Numbered from the stretch's first letter, positions 7,315-16,948 are shown. The stretch is 58,111 nucleotides of DNA from a virus (IMGVR_UViG_3300025141_000107:1-58111); one strand, 5' to 3'. Program-made: numbers and translations. Notes: a model not told the origin generated them from the sequence alone.

Positions 7315-8082
7315 ATGAAAATAACGCGAAGACAAATTAATCTTCTTGTAAAAGAAGCAGTTGAAATTTTGAATGAAGAAGGGTATGACTGTATCAAAGA
7401 TTATATGCTAATGGGTTACTCTAGAGGCGAAGCACAGAAAATGTGTGGAGGATCATCCAGCAGAAGCAATTACAGCGGTGGACAAAGAAGGCGACGCTCG
7501 AGAGCGATGTCATACACAGGTCTCAATGATTCTACAATTTCTGACATTGAAACTATTATTAGAGATTCACGTGAGCAGCTTACAGACTGGGAAGATAATT
7601 TTCTTGCATCTGTTCTAAATCAACTTAAATATAAGAGGATAGGCTTGTCTCCCAAGCAAGATCCAATTATAAAGAGAATCTTATCTAAGTATAAGCAGGA
7701 TGATGATCCGGATACTAATGACGACGGTGTTCTTGATGCTGAAGAGATCAGCGCAATGGTTGATAAAATTGAGGACGATATAATCAATGAATCTGCTCAT
7801 GCTAAACCTGAGACTGCTGATCTGGCAAATGCAGCACTCGGTTTCATTCAAGAGTGGCAACAGGACGGAAAAGATGCCAGTGAAAAATCAAAGCGTGCTC
7901 TTGACACAGTAAAGGCTAGCTCTGAGTTTGAAAAGATGAGAACAGATGGAACTTCTGTCAAAGCCGATCGCTCCAGTCTATTTTTGAAAAAAGTACAAGA
8001 TCTCCAGAAAAGTGACAAAGAACTGTTTGATTATCTCAAGGATATCGGCAAGAAGATTACAATTCAAAGTGTCGGACTGTAG
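7315..8082 (+). CDS. MKITRRQLR-leader protein with DxNDDG motif
   Basis: MKITRRQINLLVKE..ILNE; DTNDDGVLD. Confidence 0.8.
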   Translation: MKITRRQINLLVKEAVEILNEEGYDCIKDYMLMGYSRGEAQKMCGGSSSRSNYSGGQRRRRSRAMSYTGLNDSTISDIETIIRDSREQLTDWEDNFLASVLNQLKYKRIGLSPKQDPIIKRILSKYKQDDDPDTNDDGVLDAEEISAMVDKIEDDIINESAHAKPETADLANAALGFIQEWQQDGKDASEKSKRALDTVKASSEFEKMRTDGTSVKADRSSLFLKKVQDLQKSDKELFDYLKDIGKKITIQSVGL

Positions 8083-8084
8083 AT

Positions 8085-8822
8085 GTGAAAATCTCAGATG
8101 CAAATATTAGAAGAATCATAAGAGAAGAGATTAGATATTCGCTGAATGAGATATCTGATGAAGAGGCAGAGAAAGTTCTTGGAAGAGAGCTTGAGACAAG
8201 CTTTTGCAGAGTTGGGGCATCAGACTTAAAGAGGTTGACTCTCGCTGATATTAAAAAATATGGTGGAAGAGTTCCGTCTTACTACTCAAGTAAAATAAAC
8301 ATTGCCACGACACCACCTATAAAAGCTGAAGATCTCGTGAGTATCACAAGTAATTTTGCAGGCCCTGGGAGACCTGGGCATAAAGGTATCGACTACGCTG
8401 CAAATGCGGGCACGCCTATCTACGCAGTTGCAGATGGTGTAGTTAGGAAAATATACACTAATCCTGACGCGGTGAACGGTTATGGAGTTGACATTGATCA
8501 CGGCCACGGCGCGGATTGTGTCAACCACAGCTCACAGTACATTCACATGTTCGAGTTGCCGTGGTCAGGTGAGAGAGACGAAAAGGGTAAAAGAATACCT
8601 GGGAAAAATTTAAGAGTAGGTCAAGAAATAAAAAAAGGAGACCACATAGGGAGGGTGGGAAATACAGGTGCAAGTAGGGGGGCACACCTTCACTTTCAGA
8701 TAATGCAAAATGGTGTTGCAGTCAACCCAATTCTATTCAGGGAGGATGATCCCTACGCCGCTGCCCGGGAAAGAGGGTGGAAGGGTGAAATGATAGAAGA
8801 CGAAGAGGAGCATGAAGAGTGA
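8085..8822 (+). CDS. M23-family metallopeptidase with leader
   Basis: HKGID, Y-x-H, VGNTG-x-S-x-G-x-HLHF, VNP. Confidence 0.9.
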   Translation: MKISDANIRRIIREEIRYSLNEISDEEAEKVLGRELETSFCRVGASDLKRLTLADIKKYGGRVPSYYSSKINIATTPPIKAEDLVSITSNFAGPGRPGHKGIDYAANAGTPIYAVADGVVRKIYTNPDAVNGYGVDIDHGHGADCVNHSSQYIHMFELPWSGERDEKGKRIPGKNLRVGQEIKKGDHIGRVGNTGASRGAHLHFQIMQNGVAVNPILFREDDPYAAARERGWKGEMIEDEEEHEE

Positions 8823-8917
8823 AGATCACACGTAAGCAATTAAGACAACTTATCAAAGAAGAGCAAGATAGATTACTATCAAGACATCGGTCTAAAGATC
8901 TCGAAGATTACTTATAA
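8819..8917 (+). CDS. Leader-only mini-ORF (32 aa)
   Basis: GTG KITRKQLRQLIKEEQDRLL...YL*; GAGGAG RBS. Confidence 0.55.
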   Translation: MKITRKQLRQLIKEEQDRLLSRHRSKDLEDYL

Positions 8918-8926
8918 ACCTACACT

Positions 8927-9295
8927 ATGGCACCTAAGAAACGAAGGCGCAGGAAGAAGAGAAAGCTGTGGAGCAAAAAGTCAGACTACACATGTCTCGA
9001 TGGCTCAATAGTTTCAATGGATAGCACTTGGGAAGTCGAATGTGCTAAGCGGCTGGATGAACTAGGAATTCGCTGGATAAGAAACCCAAGCCTCAAACTC
9101 AAGTACACCACGCGGGGCCGTAGAGCTCGGAACTATATCCCAGACTTCTACCTGCCTGATCATGATGTCTACATCGAGGTGAAGGGATACTGGACGGACG
9201 CAGCGAGACATAAGATGAAGGACGTCCAGGAGCGCAATCCAGTGAAAATAATCATCCTCGAAAGTCTCGAGGAGATTTGCAACTTTGTACTATAA
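8927..9295 (+). CDS. PD-(D/E)xK endonuclease (T7 endonuclease I/TnsA-N-like)
   Basis: DSTWE...YIPDFYL...IEVKG. Confidence 0.8.
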   Translation: MAPKKRRRRKKRKLWSKKSDYTCLDGSIVSMDSTWEVECAKRLDELGIRWIRNPSLKLKYTTRGRRARNYIPDFYLPDHDVYIEVKGYWTDAARHKMKDVQERNPVKIIILESLEEICNFVL

Positions 9296-9325
9296 AAACC
9301 GGAGACTAGAGAATATTTAGATAGT

Positions 9326-10528
9326 ATGCTTATATCTAAAAAGCGATTACTACAGATTATCAGAGAAGAGCTTATTCGTGAGGCAGATGAATTCACCCTA
9401 GGGTATGAGTCAAATGAGCCGACAGAGTCTGAGCATACTTCAAATGTTAGAAACATCGAGAGATGGTTTGAAGAGGTTCGCGAAGAGTTTATAGGATGTA
9501 CCAAGGAAGAGATAGGCAGGACCAGGGAGGAAGGCCTTTACGGCGAGCTATATGCAGACGGCGTAACCTTCAACGATTGGGTTCTTGGCGGTGAAGACTC
9601 GCTTGTTGCTCAGATGAATAGAAGGTGTCCGTCGCTAATGTTTGGAAACCTTGTTGTCAATGAAGATGGGAACGAACTCCTTGGTTTTTTGATGAAGGTG
9701 TTCCTGGCAAGAACAAATCTCATACTGATCACAGGTCCAAATGATCCAAATTGGGGCGAGGAGCAAGGTAGACAAATTGAGAATGATGCCTTCTTTAGAT
9801 CTCGCTTTGGTGTTAGGATGAAAGGCAGTGGTGATACCGAAAGACAGATAGAGAGACATCTCGAGGGAGATCACAATACCATATACATATACATGTACGG
9901 TGTCGATACAGAGAGAGCAAATAGCATAAGTGAATCATTTATCAAGGACACAATTCTGGCACATGAGTTTGGTCACGCTAGACAGAAGCTTACACAGGGA
10001 TTCGGGCAGGCACTTATCACATCACTCGGGTTGCATTCGGAGCTTGAAGACATTGATGCAGGCATTGTTGATGAGCTTATAGAACCCTGGCTGAAAGCAT
10101 CAATTGGAAAAGAGTTTGACTCAGACACTGAAGACATGCTTATGGATAAGTGGGAGAAGCTTGGAGGAAATCTAGGGGATGAGTCACAAACCGGCGCTGG
10201 TCAATACGCCCAGGCAGCGGGGTGGCTAGAGACACGAATGTACAGCGACAATGAGGTTCACAACATTCTAACAACAGACCTGAGAAGAGAGCTGATCAAG
10301 ACGTACGGTCCCCTCTACGGAAATGAACCCGACGAAGTGGCCGAATTTTATGAAGATGCGCTGCGAGACTTCTTGGGCTTAAGCATGCCTGAGATAGTCC
10401 AGGGCGGATTTGATAATCGAAACAGGATGCTAGGGTTTAGACTCCTGCTAAAAGACGATCAGAACATTGACACAATCTACGGCGAGCTGGCCAGCGCTAA
10501 GTCTGATCACGACCACGACCACACTTAA
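9326..10528 (+). CDS. Leader-bearing protein with HExxH zincin motif
   Basis: MLISKKRLLQIIREE; LAHEFGH. Confidence 0.75.
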   Translation: MLISKKRLLQIIREELIREADEFTLGYESNEPTESEHTSNVRNIERWFEEVREEFIGCTKEEIGRTREEGLYGELYADGVTFNDWVLGGEDSLVAQMNRRCPSLMFGNLVVNEDGNELLGFLMKVFLARTNLILITGPNDPNWGEEQGRQIENDAFFRSRFGVRMKGSGDTERQIERHLEGDHNTIYIYMYGVDTERANSISESFIKDTILAHEFGHARQKLTQGFGQALITSLGLHSELEDIDAGIVDELIEPWLKASIGKEFDSDTEDMLMDKWEKLGGNLGDESQTGAGQYAQAAGWLETRMYSDNEVHNILTTDLRRELIKTYGPLYGNEPDEVAEFYEDALRDFLGLSMPEIVQGGFDNRNRMLGFRLLLKDDQNIDTIYGELASAKSDHDHDHT

Positions 10529-10530
10529 GC

Positions 10531-10571
10531 GCGGTTAAACAATAAAAGATCTTAGCTGAAGAATAGTTATA
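10531..10571 (+). repeat. 41-bp intergenic repeat, copy 1
   Basis: GCGGTTAAACAATAAAAGATCTTAGCTGAAGAATAGTTATA. Confidence 0.85.
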
Positions 10572-10590
10572 AGTGACCAGAGAGGAACAC

Positions 10591-10950
10591 GTGAAAATAA
10601 CACGTAGACAGCTAAGAAGAATCATTAGTGAGGAAGCTACACATATGAAGGTGATGCATCAGTTAATGAAGATGATTCCCGGATTCAAGAACGTTCCGCG
10701 TGGTAGACCTTGGGCAGATCCTACTAACAGCCGATACATTCCCAATACCTTGGGATGGATCACACAGAAAGATGTTGATGATCTGGGTGGCGGGCAACCT
10801 AAGTCTATTCTGGAGATCACTTCAGATGCTGCAGGCCGCGAGATCACATACACTGTAGTTCGGTGGGGAGGCACGAGCGGTGACACGAAGGCTACATCCA
10901 AGACACACGTCGATTACGTAATTCACTTTGGTAATTCTGGTGCCAGTTAA
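10591..10950 (+). CDS. MKITRRQLR-leader protein
   Basis: GTG KITRRQLRRIISEE; GAGG RBS. Confidence 0.8.
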   Translation: MKITRRQLRRIISEEATHMKVMHQLMKMIPGFKNVPRGRPWADPTNSRYIPNTLGWITQKDVDDLGGGQPKSILEITSDAAGREITYTVVRWGGTSGDTKATSKTHVDYVIHFGNSGAS

Positions 10951-10983
10951 ACAATAAAAGATCAAAGTAAAAGAATAGTTATA
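10943..10983 (+). repeat. 41-bp intergenic repeat, copy 2
   Basis: CCAGTTAAACAATAAAAGATCAAAGTAAAAGAATAGTTATA; supplies the upstream stop. Confidence 0.85.
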
Positions 10984-11001
10984 TGGGTACGGAGATAAAC
11001 A

Positions 11002-11481
11002 ATGCGCATAAAGAGAAGATTGCTTGTAGAATTAATCAACGAAGAAATGATGAATGTAAGTGAGGCAAATTCAGGTGTTGATCCGAAGACAGGAAGATCG
11101 TGGTCTATAAGTCCGATGACAGGTGAGAAACACTGGGGAGGGATCGCAGACGAGGATGTTGAGGAACAAGAGAATGCTACTGCAGCAATCGACAATGCTA
11201 GAAACCAGAGAGATGACGGTTTATCATTTGAAGATTTTGCAAGGCTAGTCATTGATCAACTTAATCTATACGATGAGTGGCTGGGCAATACATCTGTTGA
11301 AGACGTAGTTGCTAATCTAGTGGGTGGCGGCACCGACTCTGACGATTGGGAACCAGACACCGGTTATGCCGTCTTGGATGCCGCTCGTGGGTATGAGCTC
11401 GATGAATCAGAAACCGATGAGGGAACACCCTTGACTGAGATGCCAGCATCGTGGCAACAGATATTAAGAAATGTGCTATAA
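11002..11481 (+). CDS. Acidic leader-bearing protein
   Basis: MRIKRRLLVELINEE. Confidence 0.8.
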   Translation: MRIKRRLLVELINEEMMNVSEANSGVDPKTGRSWSISPMTGEKHWGGIADEDVEEQENATAAIDNARNQRDDGLSFEDFARLVIDQLNLYDEWLGNTSVEDVVANLVGGGTDSDDWEPDTGYAVLDAARGYELDESETDEGTPLTEMPASWQQILRNVL

Positions 11482-11497
11482 AGATGTGGAATGAAAC

Positions 11498-12691
11498 ATG
11501 AGGATAACACACTCACAGCTTAGAGAGATCATAGGCAAAATCATTCTCGCAGAGTCACGATATTTTGGAATGTCAATTCAGGATGTCCTATCTTATCTTA
11601 AGGAATTTTCTGAACATACATGGGTATTTCTAGATCTTGAGACGACTGGGCTTAATAATCCCGCTGAGCTCAAAGAAGGACAGATAACTGAGATAGCTGC
11701 AATAGCTGTCAATCCTAATGACTGGTCAGGAGATTCTCAGATCGTCGGTGTGTTTAATAGAAAGATAGAACTAAATAAGAATACGAAATGGCGACATGAT
11801 AGAGCCGAAGAGAAAGCGAGACTTGTAGCAGATCAGATAAAAAACCTCGAGGATGAGATAGATGAGCTCGAGGAGCTTTGCTCCTCAGATTCTGCTGAAC
11901 TTGAGGAAGATGATGAGAGGTGCGCTGGTCTCGATGACCTGAAGCAACAGCTTCATGACATACTCGAGAAGAAGAAGAAGAACGCTAGGAACTGGTCAGT
12001 CCCGGATGCACTTGAGTATACAAACTACTACGGCATTCCAGATGAGTGGGATTCAGCTGCTGATGGTGTCCTCGAAATTGACGAACAGTGGGATGGAAAT
12101 TATATCGATGAGCAGGTAGCGATCAATGAATTTTTCACATTCGTCGCACAGTATGACAAGCCTGTTCTTGTAATACAAAATGCAGCATTTGATTCTGAGT
12201 GGCTGGGTGTTAGATTCAAGCAGAAGGCTGAGAGATATCCCACGATTGACACATTGAAGATCAGCCAGCTATTTCTCACACCCATGTTAAAGACACTTGC
12301 ATCAAGCGGAGATCAGGATGCGATCGACTTTCTCAGCTCTTCCGGCTCTGATGGCAGGAGTGGTCTAGCAAATATTTCAAAGGGTTTTGGGCTATCAGTG
12401 GACGGGCATCACACTGCTATAGTTGATGTCAAGATGACACTAACCATGCTCTCTCATGTCATCAGCAAGCTTAGAGAGAATCCGGACCTTAACATTGAAG
12501 TCGAGCACGGTGAAGCAGTATTTGGCAGACCTATTTATGATGATGAAGGAAATATTATTGGACGAAAAGGTGGTGCTATTGCATCTGCTGAGCGTGAAAA
12601 GAAGAAAAGAAAATGGTGGACGAAAAAACATCACACTAGAGCACAGCGTAAGAGACGACAAAAGAGAAGAGAATTAGGAGAAACAACGTGA
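11498..12691 (+). CDS. DEDDh 3'-5' exonuclease (DnaQ-like) with leader
   Basis: DLETTG (Exo I), QNAAFD (Exo II), HTAIVD (Exo III); coiled-coil insert; basic tail. Confidence 0.85.
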   Translation: MRITHSQLREIIGKIILAESRYFGMSIQDVLSYLKEFSEHTWVFLDLETTGLNNPAELKEGQITEIAAIAVNPNDWSGDSQIVGVFNRKIELNKNTKWRHDRAEEKARLVADQIKNLEDEIDELEELCSSDSAELEEDDERCAGLDDLKQQLHDILEKKKKNARNWSVPDALEYTNYYGIPDEWDSAADGVLEIDEQWDGNYIDEQVAINEFFTFVAQYDKPVLVIQNAAFDSEWLGVRFKQKAERYPTIDTLKISQLFLTPMLKTLASSGDQDAIDFLSSSGSDGRSGLANISKGFGLSVDGHHTAIVDVKMTLTMLSHVISKLRENPDLNIEVEHGEAVFGRPIYDDEGNIIGRKGGAIASAEREKKKRKWWTKKHHTRAQRKRRQKRRELGETT

Positions 12692-14031
12692 AAATCACAC
12701 GCAAACAACTAGGAAGAATTATCAAGGAAGAGCTCACAAGACTTTCAGAGAGTGATCCTTGGGGTGGACCATCTTATGATGAGCAATGGCAAGATGAAGC
12801 AGCTGGGCTTCATGGAGCCGAGCCAAGTGCGAACATCTTACCTGGGTCGAGTATCGAGAGTGGAGAAGGGTGTGTTGATGGAGACCAAGATGGGATCTGC
12901 GACTTTGCTGATAGCGACCTTGACGATGACGGTATTGTTGATTCAGCTCAGGTACCTTTAGATATTGTCGACGGTGACACAGGTGAGATCTATGCACAGT
13001 GGGATGATCCAGACAACTGGAATGACGAGCCCTTTAGCGGAATGGAAGCAGATTTTGAAATCTGGCTAGGTAAGAATCCACGCTATACAAGACATCCAGA
13101 CACACAAAAACTCTCTCAGGAGAATGCCATCAATGCATGGTGGGTTACAGACGCCGCAGAACAGGCCGCCTGGGACAAGCGTGCAAATCAAACTCTCGTC
13201 GGGAAATACAATCTACCCTCAGGCGGGTGGGGAATACCTGAGCCTGACCGCGGAACGACTAGTGAAGGTACATCTATGAATGAAGGGGTGATGGTATCAC
13301 TCCAGCCTATAACACAGATCAACAGAGCAGAGGAGTCTCATGAATCAAGGTGGATGAGACTTGCAGGCATCACCGAAGAGATGGGAAGACTTGTAGAGGA
13401 TGACGGAGACTCAAATCCTGCAGAGGAGAGGTATGTCACTGTAAGTGCTCAAACTCCTGAAGGTCCAATAGAAATAGAGCTGTGGGATAAAATATCAGGT
13501 GTTGAGACAGGCTTTGCGATAGTTGTAAATCCTTATTACATTGATTTGGGAGAAGTGGGTCATGATCCCGACTGGAAGCGAAAAGATGGGAGAACTGTGG
13601 TGGGAGTTCCACAAGATCACCCTAATGCAGTACCGGTAGGAGATGCATATTTTGAGCTCTACCAGGAGTGGAATGAGGATGGTTACACGACTCCCATTGA
13701 TGATGTCATGGGGTGGACACCTCGCGACAGAGAGTGGTGGAGCGAGACATCAGGCGACGGTGGAGACTATGCACGGCAAGCTTCAGAGTTCGACCCAGAA
13801 GAATATGTGAGATCTGCATCCGGAATGTGGATTTTAAAACCACAGGGAGACGACGATTTAGGTGAGGATCTCCCACCGCACACGGGAATGGGACGAAGAC
13901 CCTCTGGTAGGCATGGAAGAGGTCAGCTTAGTGAAAGCGCAGACACGTGGATGAGAATTGCAGGTATTTCCCAAGAGACGGGAATGCTTACCGAAAAGGA
14001 AGTCCTCAATGAAAAAAGTGAGAATAGATAA
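12688..14031 (+). CDS. Acidic leader-bearing protein
   Basis: MKITRKQLGRIIKEE; DxDxDG motifs; two WMRxAGI motifs. Confidence 0.8.
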   Translation: MKITRKQLGRIIKEELTRLSESDPWGGPSYDEQWQDEAAGLHGAEPSANILPGSSIESGEGCVDGDQDGICDFADSDLDDDGIVDSAQVPLDIVDGDTGEIYAQWDDPDNWNDEPFSGMEADFEIWLGKNPRYTRHPDTQKLSQENAINAWWVTDAAEQAAWDKRANQTLVGKYNLPSGGWGIPEPDRGTTSEGTSMNEGVMVSLQPITQINRAEESHESRWMRLAGITEEMGRLVEDDGDSNPAEERYVTVSAQTPEGPIEIELWDKISGVETGFAIVVNPYYIDLGEVGHDPDWKRKDGRTVVGVPQDHPNAVPVGDAYFELYQEWNEDGYTTPIDDVMGWTPRDREWWSETSGDGGDYARQASEFDPEEYVRSASGMWILKPQGDDDLGEDLPPHTGMGRRPSGRHGRGQLSESADTWMRIAGISQETGMLTEKEVLNEKSENR

Positions 14032-14065
14032 GCTTTGGAGTCAAAGCTCCTATATGAACATGAGT

Positions 14066-14106
14066 GCGGTTAACCAATAAAAGATCAGAGTGGCTGAATA
14101 GTTATA
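14066..14106 (+). repeat. 41-bp intergenic repeat, copy 3
   Basis: GCGGTTAACCAATAAAAGATCAGAGTGGCTGAATAGTTATA. Confidence 0.9.
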
Positions 14107-14136
14107 TAAGAATCGCAGAGGGAGAGAGATAGAATC

Positions 14137-14421
14137 ATGCGCGTTACCCGTAATCAACTAAGAAGAATCATTCAGGAAACTATCGACGCAGATGTGGATG
14201 GCAACGGAATACCCGACGATCAGGAAGACACCATGGATCCAGACGACAAGGTCTCTATGATTCTTAATAAAGTTAGAGATCTTCTAGGCGAAGCATACGA
14301 GATTGCCAATAGTGCACCAGATCACCAGGACAAGGGTGAGGGCTACGCAATGGACCAGGTCCAGTCAGTGGTTAACAATCTCCACCAAGATTACGGCACA
14401 GAGTATTGGAATCGCGGTTAA
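14137..14421 (+). CDS. Leader-bearing small protein
   Basis: MRVTRNQLRRIIQE; DVDGNGIPD. Confidence 0.8.
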   Translation: MRVTRNQLRRIIQETIDADVDGNGIPDDQEDTMDPDDKVSMILNKVRDLLGEAYEIANSAPDHQDKGEGYAMDQVQSVVNNLHQDYGTEYWNRG

Positions 14422-14454
14422 CCAATATAAGATCAGAGTAGATGAATACTTATA
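14414..14454 (+). repeat. 41-bp intergenic repeat, copy 4
   Basis: GCGGTTAACCAATATAAGATCAGAGTAGATGAATACTTATA; supplies the upstream stop. Confidence 0.9.
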
Positions 14455-14460
14455 TAGGTC

Positions 14461-15093
14461 ATGCGGATAACTAGAAAACGACTAAGACAGATTATCAAGG
14501 AGGAGCTTCTTCTCGAAGGAGGAATGATTTGGCTTCCTGTTCATCCTGCTGCACTTGTTTATCACTATTACACACCGCAAATGCTTCAAAAAATTATAGG
14601 AGCGTATATTTCTCTTGCAAAAGATGCAGCAATGCATATCGAAAAAAACCCGCTTGGTAAAGCACTGCTAAAAAGAGCTGGAATAAAACAAGGCTCACTG
14701 TTTAGTTCACTTAAATCAGGGCAAAAAAACGCATATGGAATTTATTTAATTGCGTATGCATCGGGGGTGATTGGGTGGAATATAGGTGAAGTCCTTTTGG
14801 ATGCATACCCTCATGATTTGGGAGCTTCGGCAAGCGGAAAGCAAATTCAAGTTGATGTTGATAATATCGATTTTGATGACTTAAAAGAAAATCTTATTCC
14901 ATACGCAATAGAAATTGCATCAACTTTAATTCCCAAAATGGCTGCGGCTCCAGGTGAAATGCTCACGCATGGAGGCGACGCATTTAGAAGAGCAACAACG
15001 TCTACTGCTTCGGGAAAATTAATTGATCCTGACCCGAGAGGCATTGACTGGCCTTATGCATGGGAACAACTCAAGAGTGCGGTTAACCAATAA
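14461..15093 (+). CDS. Leader-bearing protein
   Basis: MRITRKRLRQIIKEELLLE. Confidence 0.8.
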   Translation: MRITRKRLRQIIKEELLLEGGMIWLPVHPAALVYHYYTPQMLQKIIGAYISLAKDAAMHIEKNPLGKALLKRAGIKQGSLFSSLKSGQKNAYGIYLIAYASGVIGWNIGEVLLDAYPHDLGASASGKQIQVDVDNIDFDDLKENLIPYAIEIASTLIPKMAAAPGEMLTHGGDAFRRATTSTASGKLIDPDPRGIDWPYAWEQLKSAVNQ

Positions 15094-15119
15094 AAGAACA
15101 GAGTAGATGAATAGTTATA
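15079..15119 (+). repeat. 41-bp intergenic repeat, copy 5
   Basis: GCGGTTAACCAATAAAAGAACAGAGTAGATGAATAGTTATA; supplies the upstream stop. Confidence 0.9.
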
Positions 15120-15140
15120 AGGGCACGGAGAGATAGAATC

Positions 15141-15545
15141 ATGCGCATAACTCGTAATCAACTTAGACAGATAATTCAGGAAGAACTGAGCAGAGGACGT
15201 CAGCTCACTAGAGAATCCTTTTTCTATAGCGGAAGCAATACAGGCCAGCTAGCAGACTATCACGTTCAATCAGGTGATAGACTAAATGACATCGTTACAA
15301 ACTTTGTAAGAAAACAGTTTACTATAGACGATGTTCTGGAAGACAACCCAGATATAACAGATCCTAATGTAATATTTGCAGGTGACGTTATTAAGATTCC
15401 TATTGACAGTGCTCCCTACCAGACAGTCGGAGATCAGCTAATGACAGTCGATCATCCAGCAGTGACACGATTCCGTCGTTACCCATCTCCAGGATCAGAG
15501 GGCGACGGGATAATCTTTCAATTCTACGGGGATGGAGAACAGTAA
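15141..15545 (+). CDS. LysM-domain protein with leader
   Basis: YHVQSGDRLNDI...NPDITDPNVIFAGDVIKIP. Confidence 0.85.
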   Translation: MRITRNQLRQIIQEELSRGRQLTRESFFYSGSNTGQLADYHVQSGDRLNDIVTNFVRKQFTIDDVLEDNPDITDPNVIFAGDVIKIPIDSAPYQTVGDQLMTVDHPAVTRFRRYPSPGSEGDGIIFQFYGDGEQ

Positions 15546-15587
15546 ATCAATCACACGGGCGAGCACACCGCGACTAGGGTCTCAAGC

Positions 15588-15628
15588 GCGGTTAAACAAT
15601 AAAAGATCAGAGTGGCTGAATAGTTATA
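15588..15628 (+). repeat. 41-bp intergenic repeat, copy 6
   Basis: GCGGTTAAACAATAAAAGATCAGAGTGGCTGAATAGTTATA. Confidence 0.9.
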
Positions 15629-15658
15629 TAAGAACATGCATAGAGGAGAACAGGAATC

Positions 15659-16075
15659 ATGCGCGTAACCCGTAGACAACTAAGACAGCTTATTCAGGAA
15701 GCAGTTCTTAAAGAACAGGATACTTCTCAAGCTTTCGAAATCATCACTCAGCTGGCTAGTGGATTGGTAGATGAGCTTAAGGGTTGGACGACAGACGAAG
15801 AAAGAGTTTTAGAATATCTCAAGGAGATATGGGAGCTGCATCATCTCGTGAAACAGCACGGTCCTGGGTCTTATCACGCAATGGCGAAAATGCAAGGCCC
15901 CTGGGATCGAGTGAAGGAAGTTGCAGATAAACTTTTGGGTGAGGAGGGTGGCTTAGTGAAGCTGATCAAGTCTGAGACCATTGATGATCTTGAAGCCAAA
16001 GTAGTGAAGCACGCCGTCTCCGATGAGATCTCCTTGCTGTTGAATCAACTTGAGAGTGCTGGACGACCCTGGTAA
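15659..16075 (+). CDS. Leader-bearing protein
   Basis: MRVTRRQLRQLIQEAVLKE. Confidence 0.8.
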   Translation: MRVTRRQLRQLIQEAVLKEQDTSQAFEIITQLASGLVDELKGWTTDEERVLEYLKEIWELHHLVKQHGPGSYHAMAKMQGPWDRVKEVADKLLGEEGGLVKLIKSETIDDLEAKVVKHAVSDEISLLLNQLESAGRPW

Positions 16076-16140
16076 ATCGAGCGCCCGGGCGAGCACCCGC
16101 GTACGTATGCATCGGGCTCTGGGCACTATCTTTTTTTACT

Positions 16141-16185
16141 GAGCACAGCACTCTCTACCTCTGAGGCTGTGCTCCTTCTCTTTTT
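16141..16185 (+). terminator. Putative terminator closing block B
   Basis: GAGCACAGC...GCTGTGCTC stem followed by a pyrimidine/T tract. Confidence 0.45.
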
Positions 16186-16335
16186 CCGGGACACGTGGCA
16201 CAAGGACTACTAAAGGCTGCTCGCATGTTGCGGTGGCATCGAGCACTCACATATACGGAAATTCCGTGCTATGATCGAGCAGTAGGATCGAGCGCCCGCG
16301 CACGTACGTCGAGGACTTAGGGGGAGCTCACACAA

Positions 16336-16429
16336 TGACAAATTGTCACAACATTACACACTTTTTGACACGTTGTCACTCATTTTGACACAACGTCACG
16401 AGCTTTAGCTCTCCGTCGACACTTTGTCA
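16336..16429. repeat. Four palindromic TGACA-N3-TGTCA boxes
   Basis: Copies at 16336, 16366, 16386 and 16417 (last two with one mismatch); spacing 30/20/31 bp. Confidence 0.8.
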
Positions 16430-16543
16430 CCACCTTTATTATTCTACACCCCCATCGAGGAGTGTACAAGCGAAAAAAAGTTTTAAAAACGTGTACACTA
16501 CACTCCCATGTGGTAAGATAAATTATCTACAAGCGGAGACGGG

Positions 16544-16840
16544 TTGTCAAGGTCAAAAATTAATCGAGGACGAGCGAGAAGAGAAGAGTTGCGAGAGAGT
16601 GCGGAGTCGAGGGCAAAGCTCCGGCTCGAGCGGACAAATTCTCAACAGATCGAGCACCTCGACAAGATGCTTGGAAAAGATATTGGTGCGAAGAAAGAAC
16701 GGGAGAGACTGGAGAGATTGATTGAGGTCGAGCTGAGCAAGAAAAATGTGAAGCGAAAAACCTCTGGGTCGGCACGAGACAGGGACAAGAGAAAGAACAT
16801 GAAGAAGAGCAAGAGCAGCTCCGGTGAGGTCGATGCTTAA
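16544..16840 (+). CDS. Basic hypothetical protein
   Basis: First gene after promoter 16490; GGAG RBS; R/K-rich. Confidence 0.65.
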   Translation: MSRSKINRGRARREELRESAESRAKLRLERTNSQQIEHLDKMLGKDIGAKKERERLERLIEVELSKKNVKRKTSGSARDRDKRKNMKKSKSSSGEVDA

Positions 16841-16948
16841 AATCGTCCCGGAGATACTTAAGGGGATCTGGCTCGTGTCGACCCTCATTCTTACAACGAC
16901 CGCGATGTGGTTGACGTTTGCCACCTTCGCAACGTAGAGGGTACATAG

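Noticed and set aside
97-15628. CRISPR array interpretation of the junction or 41-bp repeats
   Set aside because: The intervening sequences are whole genes of variable length, the repeats are degenerate, and no cas genes are present
10531-15628. Integron attC sites (GTTAAAC matches GTTRRRY)
   Set aside because: Half the copies read GTTAACC, there is no inverse core or long imperfect palindrome, and no integrase is in the window
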